Both the position numbers and the translations under genes were made by a program. The notes under the pieces are model-generated. The model saw only the letters and a program-made list of their open reading frames with translations. It was not told the DNA's origin and ran no database searches. Source: a virus (taxonomy: Duplodnaviria; Heunggongvirae; Uroviricota; Caudoviricetes). Taken from it: 64,000 nucleotides of DNA. Positions within the stretch are counted from its first letter, which is position 1. Every line of letters starts with the position of its first letter. The stretch is taken from the IMG/VR virus record IMGVR_UViG_3300031370_000003. One strand, 5' to 3'. Shown piece after piece: positions 29,680-38,468 of this stretch.

Positions 29680-30080
29680 AAGTTTCGGATCTTAAAGAAG
29701 GGGAGCGCGCTTATTTCATGGTCGATTTGGAGGGGCAAAGAACGTGGGAAGAGTGTCGCGTTCTGGCTGTTTCAACATACGGCTTTGCGCTTGAGCACAA
29801 GGTGAATGGCCAGACTGTGCAGAAGTGGTACGACGCTATTGGAACCGGTGCAGCGCTTCGATTCCGACGCCTCATCGAATATTGGCATCAGTGGACGAAC
29901 AAGCAACACGGTGGGCTTTACGAGCTGGTTATGTTCGCTAACCAAAAAGCCACCATGAAAGGTTTCGTTCCTACCGCAGTTTTCAAATCAACATCGACCG
30001 GCGACATCTACTCGCTGCCGATCGAACAGTTTCACGCTGAATTTACACAACACGAGCCAGTACAAGGAGTGCCGTTTTAA
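29676..30080 (+). CDS. hypothetical protein
   Basis: 134-aa ORF; ATGA overlap; carries the recurring AAAACACATG start context. Confidence 0.45.
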   Translation: MKVSDLKEGERAYFMVDLEGQRTWEECRVLAVSTYGFALEHKVNGQTVQKWYDAIGTGAALRFRRLIEYWHQWTNKQHGGLYELVMFANQKATMKGFVPTAVFKSTSTGDIYSLPIEQFHAEFTQHEPVQGVPF

Positions 30081-31402
30081 TGGAAAAGCTGATTACCCTT
30101 CGAACCAAGCTGGATGACATCAAAGCGATGGGAACCAATGCCAAGAAAGAGGCTTTGGCCAAGCTGGACGACTTCGAGCAAAAAGCCGTTTCGCTGATGC
30201 TCAATCCATTCATCCGCTTCGGCATCAAGAAGTATAACGTAGCCCCGGCGCAGCTGGTGTCCACGCCAAGTGACCAGAAGGTATTGGATGTGTTGGAGCA
30301 GCTGGCAACGCGTCAACTGACAGGTGGAGCAGCTGTAACCGCGGTTGAGTCCATCGTTGGCTCTATGTGTGAGGCTGGTCAGGACGTGTTTCGCCGCTTC
30401 CTGTTGAAAGATCCGAAGGCCGGTGTAGGCATTAGCCTTTGCAACAAAATCTTCTCGGCGCCAATTCCAGTGTTTGAAGTTCAGCTGGCGACCGCCTACA
30501 AAGAAAAGGGGGACAAGTTCCCGTTCAAGCCGAACAAACACGCCAAATGGCCGATGATTGGAAGCATCAAGCTCGATGGGATGCGCGTTATCTGCGAGGT
30601 GATTGTGGGCGAAGAGGAGGTTAACTTCCTGTCGCGCACCGGTAATCCAGTAACATCACTCGATCACCTTAAACCGGCAATGCTGGAGCTGGCTCGTGCC
30701 ACCGGTCACCAACACGTCTTCTTTGATGGTGAGGCAACGGTCGGCTCATTTAACGGCACTGTTTCAGCGATCCGCAAAAAGAATGTGAAAGCAGTTGGCG
30801 CTCAGTTCTACATCTTCGACTTCTTCTTGCCAGAGTGGAAGGCGTTGGCCAAGACCAAAGAGTATAAATCCAATGGCATGAAGCTGAAGGAACGTAAGGC
30901 TGCGCTGGTGGCGTGGTTCCGCAATGAGAGAAGCGAAGAGTCAGCTGGTGATTTGGTGCTGGTTCCCTTTGAAATCTACCATAGCCACGAAGAGTACATT
31001 GCTCGATTCATGCAGCGTTTGGACGAGAACGAAGAAGGGGAGATGGCTTACGATCCCAACTCGGTGTACGAATTTAAGCGCTCTCGTGCCTGGTGGAAAA
31101 TGAAGGATGAGAATGAGGCAGATGGTGAAATCATTGGCTTCCTGCCTGGCGACCCGGATGCCGGCTTCGCACACACCCTCGGTAAAATCGTTGTCCGTTT
31201 GGAGGATGGTACGGAAGTTCGTGCTTCAGGCTTCAAGTATCAATACCTCGATGAGATCTGGCTGAATCAGGATAAATACATGGGGCGCATCGTGAAGGTC
31301 AATTTCCACGAATACACGCCAGATGGAAGTCTGCGCCACCCTCGGCTTAAGTGGCCAAGCTGCCTTCGTGATACAGAAGACCGTATTGGGGATAAAGAGT
31401 GA
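30080..31402 (+). CDS. ATP-dependent DNA ligase
   Basis: Adenylation motif I KLDGMR (IGSIKLDGMRVI) and downstream nucleotidyltransferase motifs; 440 aa. Confidence 0.8.
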   Translation: MEKLITLRTKLDDIKAMGTNAKKEALAKLDDFEQKAVSLMLNPFIRFGIKKYNVAPAQLVSTPSDQKVLDVLEQLATRQLTGGAAVTAVESIVGSMCEAGQDVFRRFLLKDPKAGVGISLCNKIFSAPIPVFEVQLATAYKEKGDKFPFKPNKHAKWPMIGSIKLDGMRVICEVIVGEEEVNFLSRTGNPVTSLDHLKPAMLELARATGHQHVFFDGEATVGSFNGTVSAIRKKNVKAVGAQFYIFDFFLPEWKALAKTKEYKSNGMKLKERKAALVAWFRNERSEESAGDLVLVPFEIYHSHEEYIARFMQRLDENEEGEMAYDPNSVYEFKRSRAWWKMKDENEADGEIIGFLPGDPDAGFAHTLGKIVVRLEDGTEVRASGFKYQYLDEIWLNQDKYMGRIVKVNFHEYTPDGSLRHPRLKWPSCLRDTEDRIGDKE

Positions 31403-31569
31403 TGCACAACGTGATTCCATACATCATGTTAGGGTTGATCGGTGGGGTGCTCGGTTCGGCATATTTCATCGTTGATATGCTTAAGCAGGAGTTAAAGACC
31501 GGCACTGTCGCCATGGGGCGCCGGGTGTACAAGGTTGTTGAAGTTAAGGAATTTAAACGCAATGGATAA
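31402..31569 (+). CDS. small hydrophobic protein
   Basis: 55-aa ORF (MHNVIPYIMLGLIGGVLGSAYFIV...), TGATG overlap with the ligase stop. Confidence 0.35.
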   Translation: MHNVIPYIMLGLIGGVLGSAYFIVDMLKQELKTGTVAMGRRVYKVVEVKEFKRNG

Positions 31570-31852
31570 CATTACAATTTATGACAGCCTGTTGTTGGCT
31601 TACTTTTTACTGAGCGGCTTTTACGCTGCGTTCATGGTGGGCGGGAAAGGAACCAAACTGATTATCTTATGGTTGTTCTGCCGCACTGCAAAGTTAGAAG
31701 ACTTGGCCTGGAAGCTGTTTACCATCATAGAAATGAGATACGGCAAATTGAAGGCGCAGCAGAGCTACACGATTCAGGGTAAAGAATATGCTGTAAGGAT
31801 CATGAGGAAGACGCCTGAGCCAGCAGCTGCTTCCCCAGGGCCGAAAACATAA
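31535..31852 (+). CDS. small membrane protein
   Basis: TM segment LLLAYFLLSGFYAAFMVGG; likely start ATG 31562; followed by a terminator. Confidence 0.4.
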   Translation: MLKLRNLNAMDNITIYDSLLLAYFLLSGFYAAFMVGGKGTKLIILWLFCRTAKLEDLAWKLFTIIEMRYGKLKAQQSYTIQGKEYAVRIMRKTPEPAAASPGPKT

Positions 31853-31873
31853 CCATCACCGTCAACTATCACT

Positions 31874-31902
31874 TAAGCGCCTCTCGTGGGCGCTTTTTTA
31901 AT
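31874..31902 (+). terminator. rho-independent terminator
   Basis: AGCGCCTCTCGTGGGCGCT hairpin followed by TTTTTTAATTT. Confidence 0.75.
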
Positions 31903-31923
31903 TTATGTTGCTTATAAATATTT

Positions 31924-33114
31924 TTAAATTTTATTGAAAAGCTTTCTTAATTCAGTCATTAATTTTCTCTGCAATAATTTGTATCGTATTTTCCTGATAA
32001 GGGATTTACTTACTTTATTATCACCGTAAACAATAAAGTAGTTATAGCCACGAATTAAGGCGATTCTATATATGTCGGTAAGGCAGGATGCTTTGTTTTT
32101 ACCAAATGCACCATGTGTTTTATCATCGCTTAATAAATATTTTACGGAAATTTTTTTCTTTCCAATTATGTAATAGGCCATTTCGTAAATTGAAACAATA
32201 ACCTTATCCCCAATCTTATAATCTATCTGATTGTTTTTTATGTTGTAATTCAATCTCAGTTTGCCTGATGATGTTACTTTCAAATGCTCTAGCATTTGGT
32301 ACTTAACAAGAAGATTCGCGAATCTGCCGTCATCACAAACCTCATGTAGGCAATTTAAAAATAAAACAGTAAGTTCGCTCATTGAGAGCTGTGCCCTAAG
32401 AATCCTGGAGTAATATTTTTTCCTCTCTATACTCTCTGGTAAATTATCAATAGTTTTAAGAATGGTATACAGATTCCTGAAGTAATGCCCAAAACACTCA
32501 TTGGATTTATTATTGAAATCCTCATAAAAAATACGAGCCATGCTATAACTATGATGAGGCTTCATTACATGTTCGCTGCAGGATATATTAAATTTACTAT
32601 GATTGTCATCAAGAAATTGAGTAAAGGCAGCTCTTTTTGTTGCATTATTGTATTTTAAGTTTTCAATAATATTGTTTTGAAAATTGATAAGGTTGAAGAT
32701 GCTGGTCTCGTAAGACTGCTCTGCGGTTTTTTTGTTTTGCTTAATTTGCAATGAAATAGTAATCATAAGTGCAATGAAGCCGACACTACCTATTATTGGG
32801 TTTGTTAACCCACCCACAAAATCACCATAGGTTCCAAGTGCTGCCAAATATACCCCAAAGTTTGCATCCTTCAAATTTGTCGAATGAAGTGCTTCAGAAC
32901 CAATGCCATAAACAACTAACAGAAAAAAGCCTAGAAAACACACTGAAATTATTGGGAGAAGATAAGAAATGATTTTTTTAGTCATTGAATTCAGATCTTT
33001 ATAAAGTTCAAAGGAGTATTTTAACATACCGGCAAACCAAAACACATATGATACCCCACCCTTGAGTCTACATTTATAGACTCTACAAGCCATCTTGATA
33101 AAACTTATAGCCAT
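31924..33114 (-). CDS. AT-rich polytopic membrane protein (possible abortive-infection / exclusion-type membrane protein)
   Basis: Minus-strand ORF. GC visibly far below flanks. N-terminal ~120 aa contains 3-4 TM helices (ISYLLPIISVCFLGFFLLVVYGIG, FGVYLAALGTYGDFVGG, IIGSVGFIALMITISL) followed by a ~250-aa Asn/Lys/Tyr-rich soluble domain. Start codon uncertain (33114, 33027 or 32985). Confidence 0.5.
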   Translation of the reverse strand: MAISFIKMACRVYKCRLKGGVSYVFWFAGMLKYSFELYKDLNSMTKKIISYLLPIISVCFLGFFLLVVYGIGSEALHSTNLKDANFGVYLAALGTYGDFVGGLTNPIIGSVGFIALMITISLQIKQNKKTAEQSYETSIFNLINFQNNIIENLKYNNATKRAAFTQFLDDNHSKFNISCSEHVMKPHHSYSMARIFYEDFNNKSNECFGHYFRNLYTILKTIDNLPESIERKKYYSRILRAQLSMSELTVLFLNCLHEVCDDGRFANLLVKYQMLEHLKVTSSGKLRLNYNIKNNQIDYKIGDKVIVSIYEMAYYIIGKKKISVKYLLSDDKTHGAFGKNKASCLTDIYRIALIRGYNYFIVYGDNKVSKSLIRKIRYKLLQRKLMTELRKLFNKI

Positions 33115-33192
33115 TTTTAATAGTTGTAGTTTGTCTACATGCGCTCAATATTAATTAAGCCAACGAGTGGCAAATAATTAACGATTAAGGAA

Positions 33193-33960
33193 ATGATCAT
33201 GGCAGAAGATACCCTCATTGTTGAAGCAGTACCAACCTGGCCAGCTACCTACAACTACTCGATCATTACCAACCCCGGACAGGGGATGCCAAGCCCACAA
33301 GAGCGAGTACGGCGTGCTCAGGCATATCAGAACGGCACGATGACCGCCCTGAAGCTCGAACAGTGTCTTAAAGATCCAGCTAAGGTCAAAGACCTGTTAT
33401 GTGCAGCCGCATATGCTGAAGAGTTACGCGCAACACTTAATCACGCGCTGTACCAGGCTGACTATTTGAATGCCCCGAAATTCTATGATCCAAAGAACCA
33501 AACCGAACTGACAAATGGTGCATTTGCGCCCCTAGCAGCGCTTTACCATTACGCCTTTGGTGACGGTTCTTCCTTGAGTGCCGACCTCGGCAAGCTGAGC
33601 TTTAATTTTGACCGTGGAAATTTGGCGCCGGTTAACAACATCCTGAACAGCATCCGCATTGGTCGATTCGATATTAACCAGAACATCGGTTACGACTTCC
33701 GCCAGAGTAGCTATTGGGAATGGGGTTATCTGGGACGTGTCTCTCTGAACTTACGTGGCACCCTTGACGTGGACAGGACGGGCAACTGGAGCTTTGATGG
33801 GAAAGTCATTGGTTTCAGTGATCGCTATGACGCGAACAAGGATGTTAACCGCGGTAAAGTTGGTGAGCTGCTAACTGACGTACTGCGAACCATCCCTGGC
33901 CAAGAGTACGAAATTTACTTTAAAGGCGAGCACAAGATTCAGCTGAAAGGTAAGAAGTAA
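33193..33960 (+). CDS. hypothetical protein
   Basis: 255-aa ORF on the opposite strand to its neighbours; followed by a terminator. Confidence 0.45.
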   Translation: MIMAEDTLIVEAVPTWPATYNYSIITNPGQGMPSPQERVRRAQAYQNGTMTALKLEQCLKDPAKVKDLLCAAAYAEELRATLNHALYQADYLNAPKFYDPKNQTELTNGAFAPLAALYHYAFGDGSSLSADLGKLSFNFDRGNLAPVNNILNSIRIGRFDINQNIGYDFRQSSYWEWGYLGRVSLNLRGTLDVDRTGNWSFDGKVIGFSDRYDANKDVNRGKVGELLTDVLRTIPGQEYEIYFKGEHKIQLKGKK

Positions 33961-33964
33961 TGGC

Positions 33965-33993
33965 AAAGGGGGCTTTGAAGCCCCCTTTTTTTA
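33965..33993. terminator. bidirectional rho-independent terminator
   Basis: AAGGGGGCTTTGAAGCCCCCTT flanked by A-run upstream and T-run downstream. Confidence 0.7.
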
Positions 33994-34341
33994 ATCGTTC
34001 GCGTACTCAACGTTGCTAAGCACTGAGCAGCGTGACATCCCGAAGAACTGCTTTCCAGGCTCTTTGGCTATGTGGAAAGGAACCAGAATAGAGGAAGATC
34101 CAATCTGGACACCGGCGCTCTCTACTGAGACATCACTGGCCGCGAGGTTGTACTTTGAAAATATCCGGTTTTCCGGGCGTATAACATCTTGAATCACTGC
34201 ATTGATAGCGTCTTCAGATTTGACGGTTGGGCAGGCTTCTTGATCTGCTTTCAACCCCATTTGTGCATCAACGTAAATAGCAACCACTCCAGCAGCTACA
34301 AGAGCAACAACCCCTAAGCCTACCTTAGCAATCTTGTTCAT
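33991..34341 (-). CDS. small N-terminally membrane-anchored protein
   Basis: MNKIAKVGLGVVALVAAGVVAIYV signal/anchor; minus strand. Confidence 0.4.
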   Translation of the reverse strand: MNKIAKVGLGVVALVAAGVVAIYVDAQMGLKADQEACPTVKSEDAINAVIQDVIRPENRIFSKYNLAASDVSVESAGVQIGSSSILVPFHIAKEPGKQFFGMSRCSVLSNVEYAND

Positions 34342-34863
34342 AACGCATCCCAATCAATTAGTTAGCTACCAAAAGCCAATGATAATCGTTTCACTGCGGC
34401 TGTAAATACACAAACTTAGGTGAGCTGAAACTGATCAAACGAACCGTCAAAGTGAAAAACCTGTAAGATAGGTATTTACCTACCTACCTATATCAATTAT
34501 AGTCGCTCTCGTTTTCGGCGGTGAGCGATTGTTTTTACTTTTAAAATAAATGCAAACGACACTCAGTACCTGGCAGTAGCGTAATAGCCAAACACCAGCA
34601 GGGTCAGTCTCCAGCCCTGTTATCGAAATGGAGCAGACTGAGCGAGTCTGATTACGGAACGCAGGGACGGTGGCCACGGCCACCCGACCGATGGGGTAAC
34701 GAGATGGGTGGGGGTAATTCCGACATGAACACCCGGGTTTTAAAGGCACTTCCGCCCATCTCGTTACGTCATTCCATATTACTTATGTCATTTATTCTTG
34801 GGTTGAATAATCGTAGACGTAGCCCGGCTGGCATGGTTAGCCAGCACAAATTCAGGGATCGAT

Positions 34864-35076
34864 ATGCAAGACGTTGATGAGCTTAAGCGAGCGGCCGCAA
34901 CACTCTTTGTCAAAGCTATTCAACAGAATCGTGGTGATTACGGCTCCACGAGCACTGTAGAGGCGGTAAAGCAAGGGTGTTCGACGATGACAATTAGCCA
35001 CGACGGAACTATATCGGCCTACAAAGATGGTGTGCTGAGAGTGCGAATGGGTAGCTTTGTTGGTGATCCGCAATGA
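34864..35076 (+). CDS. small hypothetical protein
   Basis: 70-aa ORF with RBS AGGGA 5 nt upstream. Confidence 0.35.
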   Translation: MQDVDELKRAAATLFVKAIQQNRGDYGSTSTVEAVKQGCSTMTISHDGTISAYKDGVLRVRMGSFVGDPQ

Positions 35077-35201
35077 TTCCATACATCTCAGAGTTTAGAT
35101 CCACACCACGCACCTAACCTTGGTGCTCGTGACAAGATTTTTTAGCTTTGCAGTATCAATGCCCCTCGAAGGGCTACATATAAAATACAAAGGAAAAACA
35201 C

Positions 35202-35813
35202 ATGTCAGAAGTCAAAAAGGTTATCACCGCGTCCGACCGTTCAGCTAAAGGGGTTGTTAAAGCTGTTGCCGATCTGAGCAAGGTTGCAGTCGAGCTGACA
35301 GCTCTGGCGCAGTCTAACGTCAACCTGGCCGAAGAAATTGAGTTCAAGCAGTCCCAACTGGCCGACCTGGATAACCAGATCAACACCAAAGAGCGTGAAG
35401 GTGCTGCCCAGCTGCGACTGCGTGTTATTGAAAACGAAGACCGCGTACTGGCTGACCTGATGAAAGCTCGTGGCCTGGCGACCATCTCCGTTGCTGATCT
35501 AAACCAGCTGAACACTCGTGCACTGAACGCTGAAGCAGGCAATGAGCAGGCAGTTGAAGAAGCGCGTACCGCTGCATTCCGTCAGGCTGACTCTGCTGCC
35601 AAAGCTCAGATTGCTCAGCTGCAGGGCGATCACCGTGTTGAAATGGCTGAACTGAACGCAAACAGCAAAGCGAAAGACAACCGCATCGAGTTCCTCGAAG
35701 CGCAGGTGACTCAGCTGCAAGGCGAAGTGAAAGCTGAACGTGACACTCGTCTGGAAATCGCTAAAGCGGAATCTAACCGCCAGGGCGTTACCGTAAACAC
35801 CGGTAAGAACTAA
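35202..35813 (+). CDS. coiled-coil protein of unknown function
   Basis: 203 aa, heptad-rich, strong RBS AAGGAAAAACAC; followed by a very stable UUCG-loop hairpin. Confidence 0.5.
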   Translation: MSEVKKVITASDRSAKGVVKAVADLSKVAVELTALAQSNVNLAEEIEFKQSQLADLDNQINTKEREGAAQLRLRVIENEDRVLADLMKARGLATISVADLNQLNTRALNAEAGNEQAVEEARTAAFRQADSAAKAQIAQLQGDHRVEMAELNANSKAKDNRIEFLEAQVTQLQGEVKAERDTRLEIAKAESNRQGVTVNTGKN

Positions 35814-35993
35814 GTTGTGTGTCTGTTCCCCTTCGGGGGAACAGCACATCGTAGAGCGGGTTGGGTTTATTTATTCACTTAAAGACTCCGCTAACAGTCC
35901 CCAGCCCGCTCTACGCTGTGTACGCAGCAGATTATGTCTGCAATCGGTAGCTGACATCGTCGAACTCCAAACCTTACTTATAGCGCAAATACC

Positions 35994-36018
35994 AAAGGGG
36001 CTTCGGCCCCTTTTTTGT
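35994..36018 (+). terminator. rho-independent terminator
   Basis: AAAGGGGCTTCGGCCCCTTTTTTG. Confidence 0.75.
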
Positions 36019-36028
36019 TGAGGCAAAT

Positions 36029-36622
36029 ATGGCAAGAATGAACGATTGGGATGCTTTTGAAGGGTATAAAGCACAATTACGGGGTTATGAAGATCACGCC
36101 AATAATCGCTTCAGTACAAGGATGCCGGCCAGCTTAACGGAGGCGTTTGAAAGGTCGATGATGAACAGCGATACCTCTTTCACTTACCAGCATATCCAAT
36201 ACAAGAACACTATGCCTGGTCGTTTCATTCAGGTGATCGGGGATAGCAGAGAAATTCGGCCACTGAGCTGTATGCAGTTGCGCACTAACTTTCTCAGCAG
36301 CCGCGAACGCTTTAACATTGCCCACATGCCAATGATGCCTTCGACATTCGAAGATGACCCATCAGACCCTATCGTAAGCAGAGCTTTTAAAACCGTCACA
36401 TTGTCATCCTTCGTCGCAATTTCAATGTCCACGCTGGATAGCAGGGCGCGTCATTTCTCGCTCTACTTTGCTGACAAATTCATAGACGGAGCCGCCAGCT
36501 TCAGCCCGATTTTCTTTGAGTCTAACGGTGCTCGTGTTCCTGACAACGCACCGGCTGAAGAATACCTAACCTGGCCGCGTCGTACAGCCAAGAGCGATTT
36601 TCTGGCAAGATTTACCAGCTAA
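36029..36622 (+). CDS. hypothetical protein
   Basis: 197-aa ORF. Confidence 0.45.
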   Translation: MARMNDWDAFEGYKAQLRGYEDHANNRFSTRMPASLTEAFERSMMNSDTSFTYQHIQYKNTMPGRFIQVIGDSREIRPLSCMQLRTNFLSSRERFNIAHMPMMPSTFEDDPSDPIVSRAFKTVTLSSFVAISMSTLDSRARHFSLYFADKFIDGAASFSPIFFESNGARVPDNAPAEEYLTWPRRTAKSDFLARFTS

Positions 36623-36714
36623 AGATGATAGGTAGTGACCTACCAAATATTATTAGCTATTCTTGTCCCGATTTTATTAGGCAATGGACGCCTACACTAA
36701 CGAAGGGAATCAAC

Positions 36715-37173
36715 ATGACAGATGCGGAACTGGAACAGCAGTTAATCGAAAAGGGGCTAACCGCCCCGCGGGTTACTCTTGAGCACATCGAAAGCCTGAT
36801 TGCAGAAGAGCACTATTTCTCAGCTTACGACGGCATCCGAGCTGCAAACCAGGGCGTTGATGCAGCTTGGTGGGCGAACACGGCCGCCGACCGTCACACA
36901 TTTTGCTATCTGCTACTGACCAATGGTTACACTGTCACGGGTGAAAATGCGTGTGTGAGCAAAGAGAACTTCGATCCCGAGCTGAGCCGCCAGCTGGCGC
37001 GCCGCAACGCTATCGCAAAAATCTGGCCTCTTGAGGGCTACCTTTTAAAACAAACATTGAGTGATGAACAGAATGGTAAAAGTGAAAATATATGGCAAAG
37101 AACAGTGCGCCTACTGCAAAAACGCAAAGGAGCTGGCCGAACAGCTGCAGAGCCAGGGCAAGCTGACGTTTGA
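36715..37173 (+). CDS. hypothetical protein (possibly phage gp49/gp66-like family)
   Basis: Start ATG 36715 with RBS GAAGGGA; weak resemblance from memory to the N4 gp49 / Sf6 gp66 family; 3' end overlaps the next gene by ~110 nt. Confidence 0.35.
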   Translation: MTDAELEQQLIEKGLTAPRVTLEHIESLIAEEHYFSAYDGIRAANQGVDAAWWANTAADRHTFCYLLLTNGYTVTGENACVSKENFDPELSRQLARRNAIAKIWPLEGYLLKQTLSDEQNGKSENIWQRTVRLLQKRKGAGRTAAEPGQADV

Positions 37174-37315
37174 GTACATCGACATCCAGGTCGCCGGGAT
37201 TGGTGCGACGGAACTAAGTGAGCTTGTTGGCAAGCCGATTAGACAAGTACCCCAGATCTTCGTTGATGATAAACCGGTGGGCGGCTACACTGAGTTTGCT
37301 AAAATTCACTCGTAA
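37061..37315 (+). CDS. glutaredoxin-like protein (NrdH/Grx-type)
   Basis: MVKVKIYGKEQCAYCKNAKELAEQL: C-x-Y-C redox motif in the typical Grx position; ~80 aa; true start may be ATG 37073. Confidence 0.6.
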   Translation: MMNRMVKVKIYGKEQCAYCKNAKELAEQLQSQGKLTFEYIDIQVAGIGATELSELVGKPIRQVPQIFVDDKPVGGYTEFAKIHS

Positions 37316-37327
37316 CTGAAGGCCCCT

Positions 37328-37352
37328 TTGGGCCTTTTGTTTCTCAAAAGGA
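37328..37352 (+). terminator. rho-independent terminator
   Basis: AAGGCCCCTTTGGGCCTT followed by TTGTTTCTC. Confidence 0.7.
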
Positions 37353-37362
37353 TGTCTAATTA

Positions 37363-38349
37363 ATGAATAATGAAACTACACCTTTTATACCTTATGAGAA
37401 TAACCCCTTTGGAATTTCTGACCGTGTCATAGTCGTTGCGCTCGACGATCAAAAAAATATTCGTCACATTCAGCAATTAAAAGATTACATTCAGAAGCCG
37501 AGTATACAAATAGCCATGAATAGCCATGGGGCTAGCCTGCTAGATGTATTAACCAAGGAGAACTACCTGACCCTTAATCAAGCAGGAGAGCCTGGCCTCA
37601 AATTTTTTTGCACAAATAATCCGCATGGAGATGCTACAAAGCTTTTGGGTTCTATAGCCGAAGCTATAATAGTACAAGAATGCAATAACAATCCTGAATT
37701 TAACAGGGCCATGGCAAGGCATGCTCGTGGAAGCTCAGAATTATCAGAAATTCCAGATGGTTACATAGCAATTGCCACTGGTTCTTATCAAACAAAACTT
37801 CACCACAACAATCACTACAACCCTAATGACACTCAACGAGATATTATTTGGGTTGACAAAAATGACGCTGCTCTTCAATTAGACTCAGTTTCACTTTCAA
37901 TTAACAAGCACTCTACTAAACCTGCAGGATTGCAGATCAAAGCAAGTTATGATTATAGAAACGTTTTAAGAAATATAGAAAAATATGCCTACCCCGTTGT
38001 CTACTTCGATATGAATAATGATTGGGACTATCTCAATGTCGCCATCAGAAATATAAATAAAAACGGTTTGGGAAATGAAATAAAATTAGTTAAGCATGAT
38101 GATGTTCTCAAGGACATCAAACATCGCCTGAGTCACTATCACCAGATTATAGTGGCATTACTACAAGGTGAATGTTCAATGCAACAGTTGATTGAAGAAG
38201 CAAATTATAGAGGTGATAGTGCTTTAGGTAGCGTCATAGACAATGCAGCTCCTGACAGTGGTGACAAGGTCATTCTCCCTGTAGAAAAATCATTTGAAGA
38301 ACAAATGAGGGAGGCCAGCCGAAGAATAGCCGAAAGTCTATTTAAGTAA
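37363..38349 (+). CDS. low-GC hypothetical protein (moron next to integrase)
   Basis: 328 aa, Asn/Ile/Lys-rich composition from AT-rich DNA, between a terminator and the integrase. Confidence 0.5.
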   Translation: MNNETTPFIPYENNPFGISDRVIVVALDDQKNIRHIQQLKDYIQKPSIQIAMNSHGASLLDVLTKENYLTLNQAGEPGLKFFCTNNPHGDATKLLGSIAEAIIVQECNNNPEFNRAMARHARGSSELSEIPDGYIAIATGSYQTKLHHNNHYNPNDTQRDIIWVDKNDAALQLDSVSLSINKHSTKPAGLQIKASYDYRNVLRNIEKYAYPVVYFDMNNDWDYLNVAIRNINKNGLGNEIKLVKHDDVLKDIKHRLSHYHQIIVALLQGECSMQQLIEEANYRGDSALGSVIDNAAPDSGDKVILPVEKSFEEQMREASRRIAESLFK

Positions 38350-38468
38350 AACATCCCTAGCTGAACGTCCAGAAATCAAAAAACAAGCTTTAAATGATTC
38401 CATACTTATATAGTATGGAATCATTGTAAAATCCGAGCTATGCTGACCCTAAAAAAGAGGTTTCGCAT

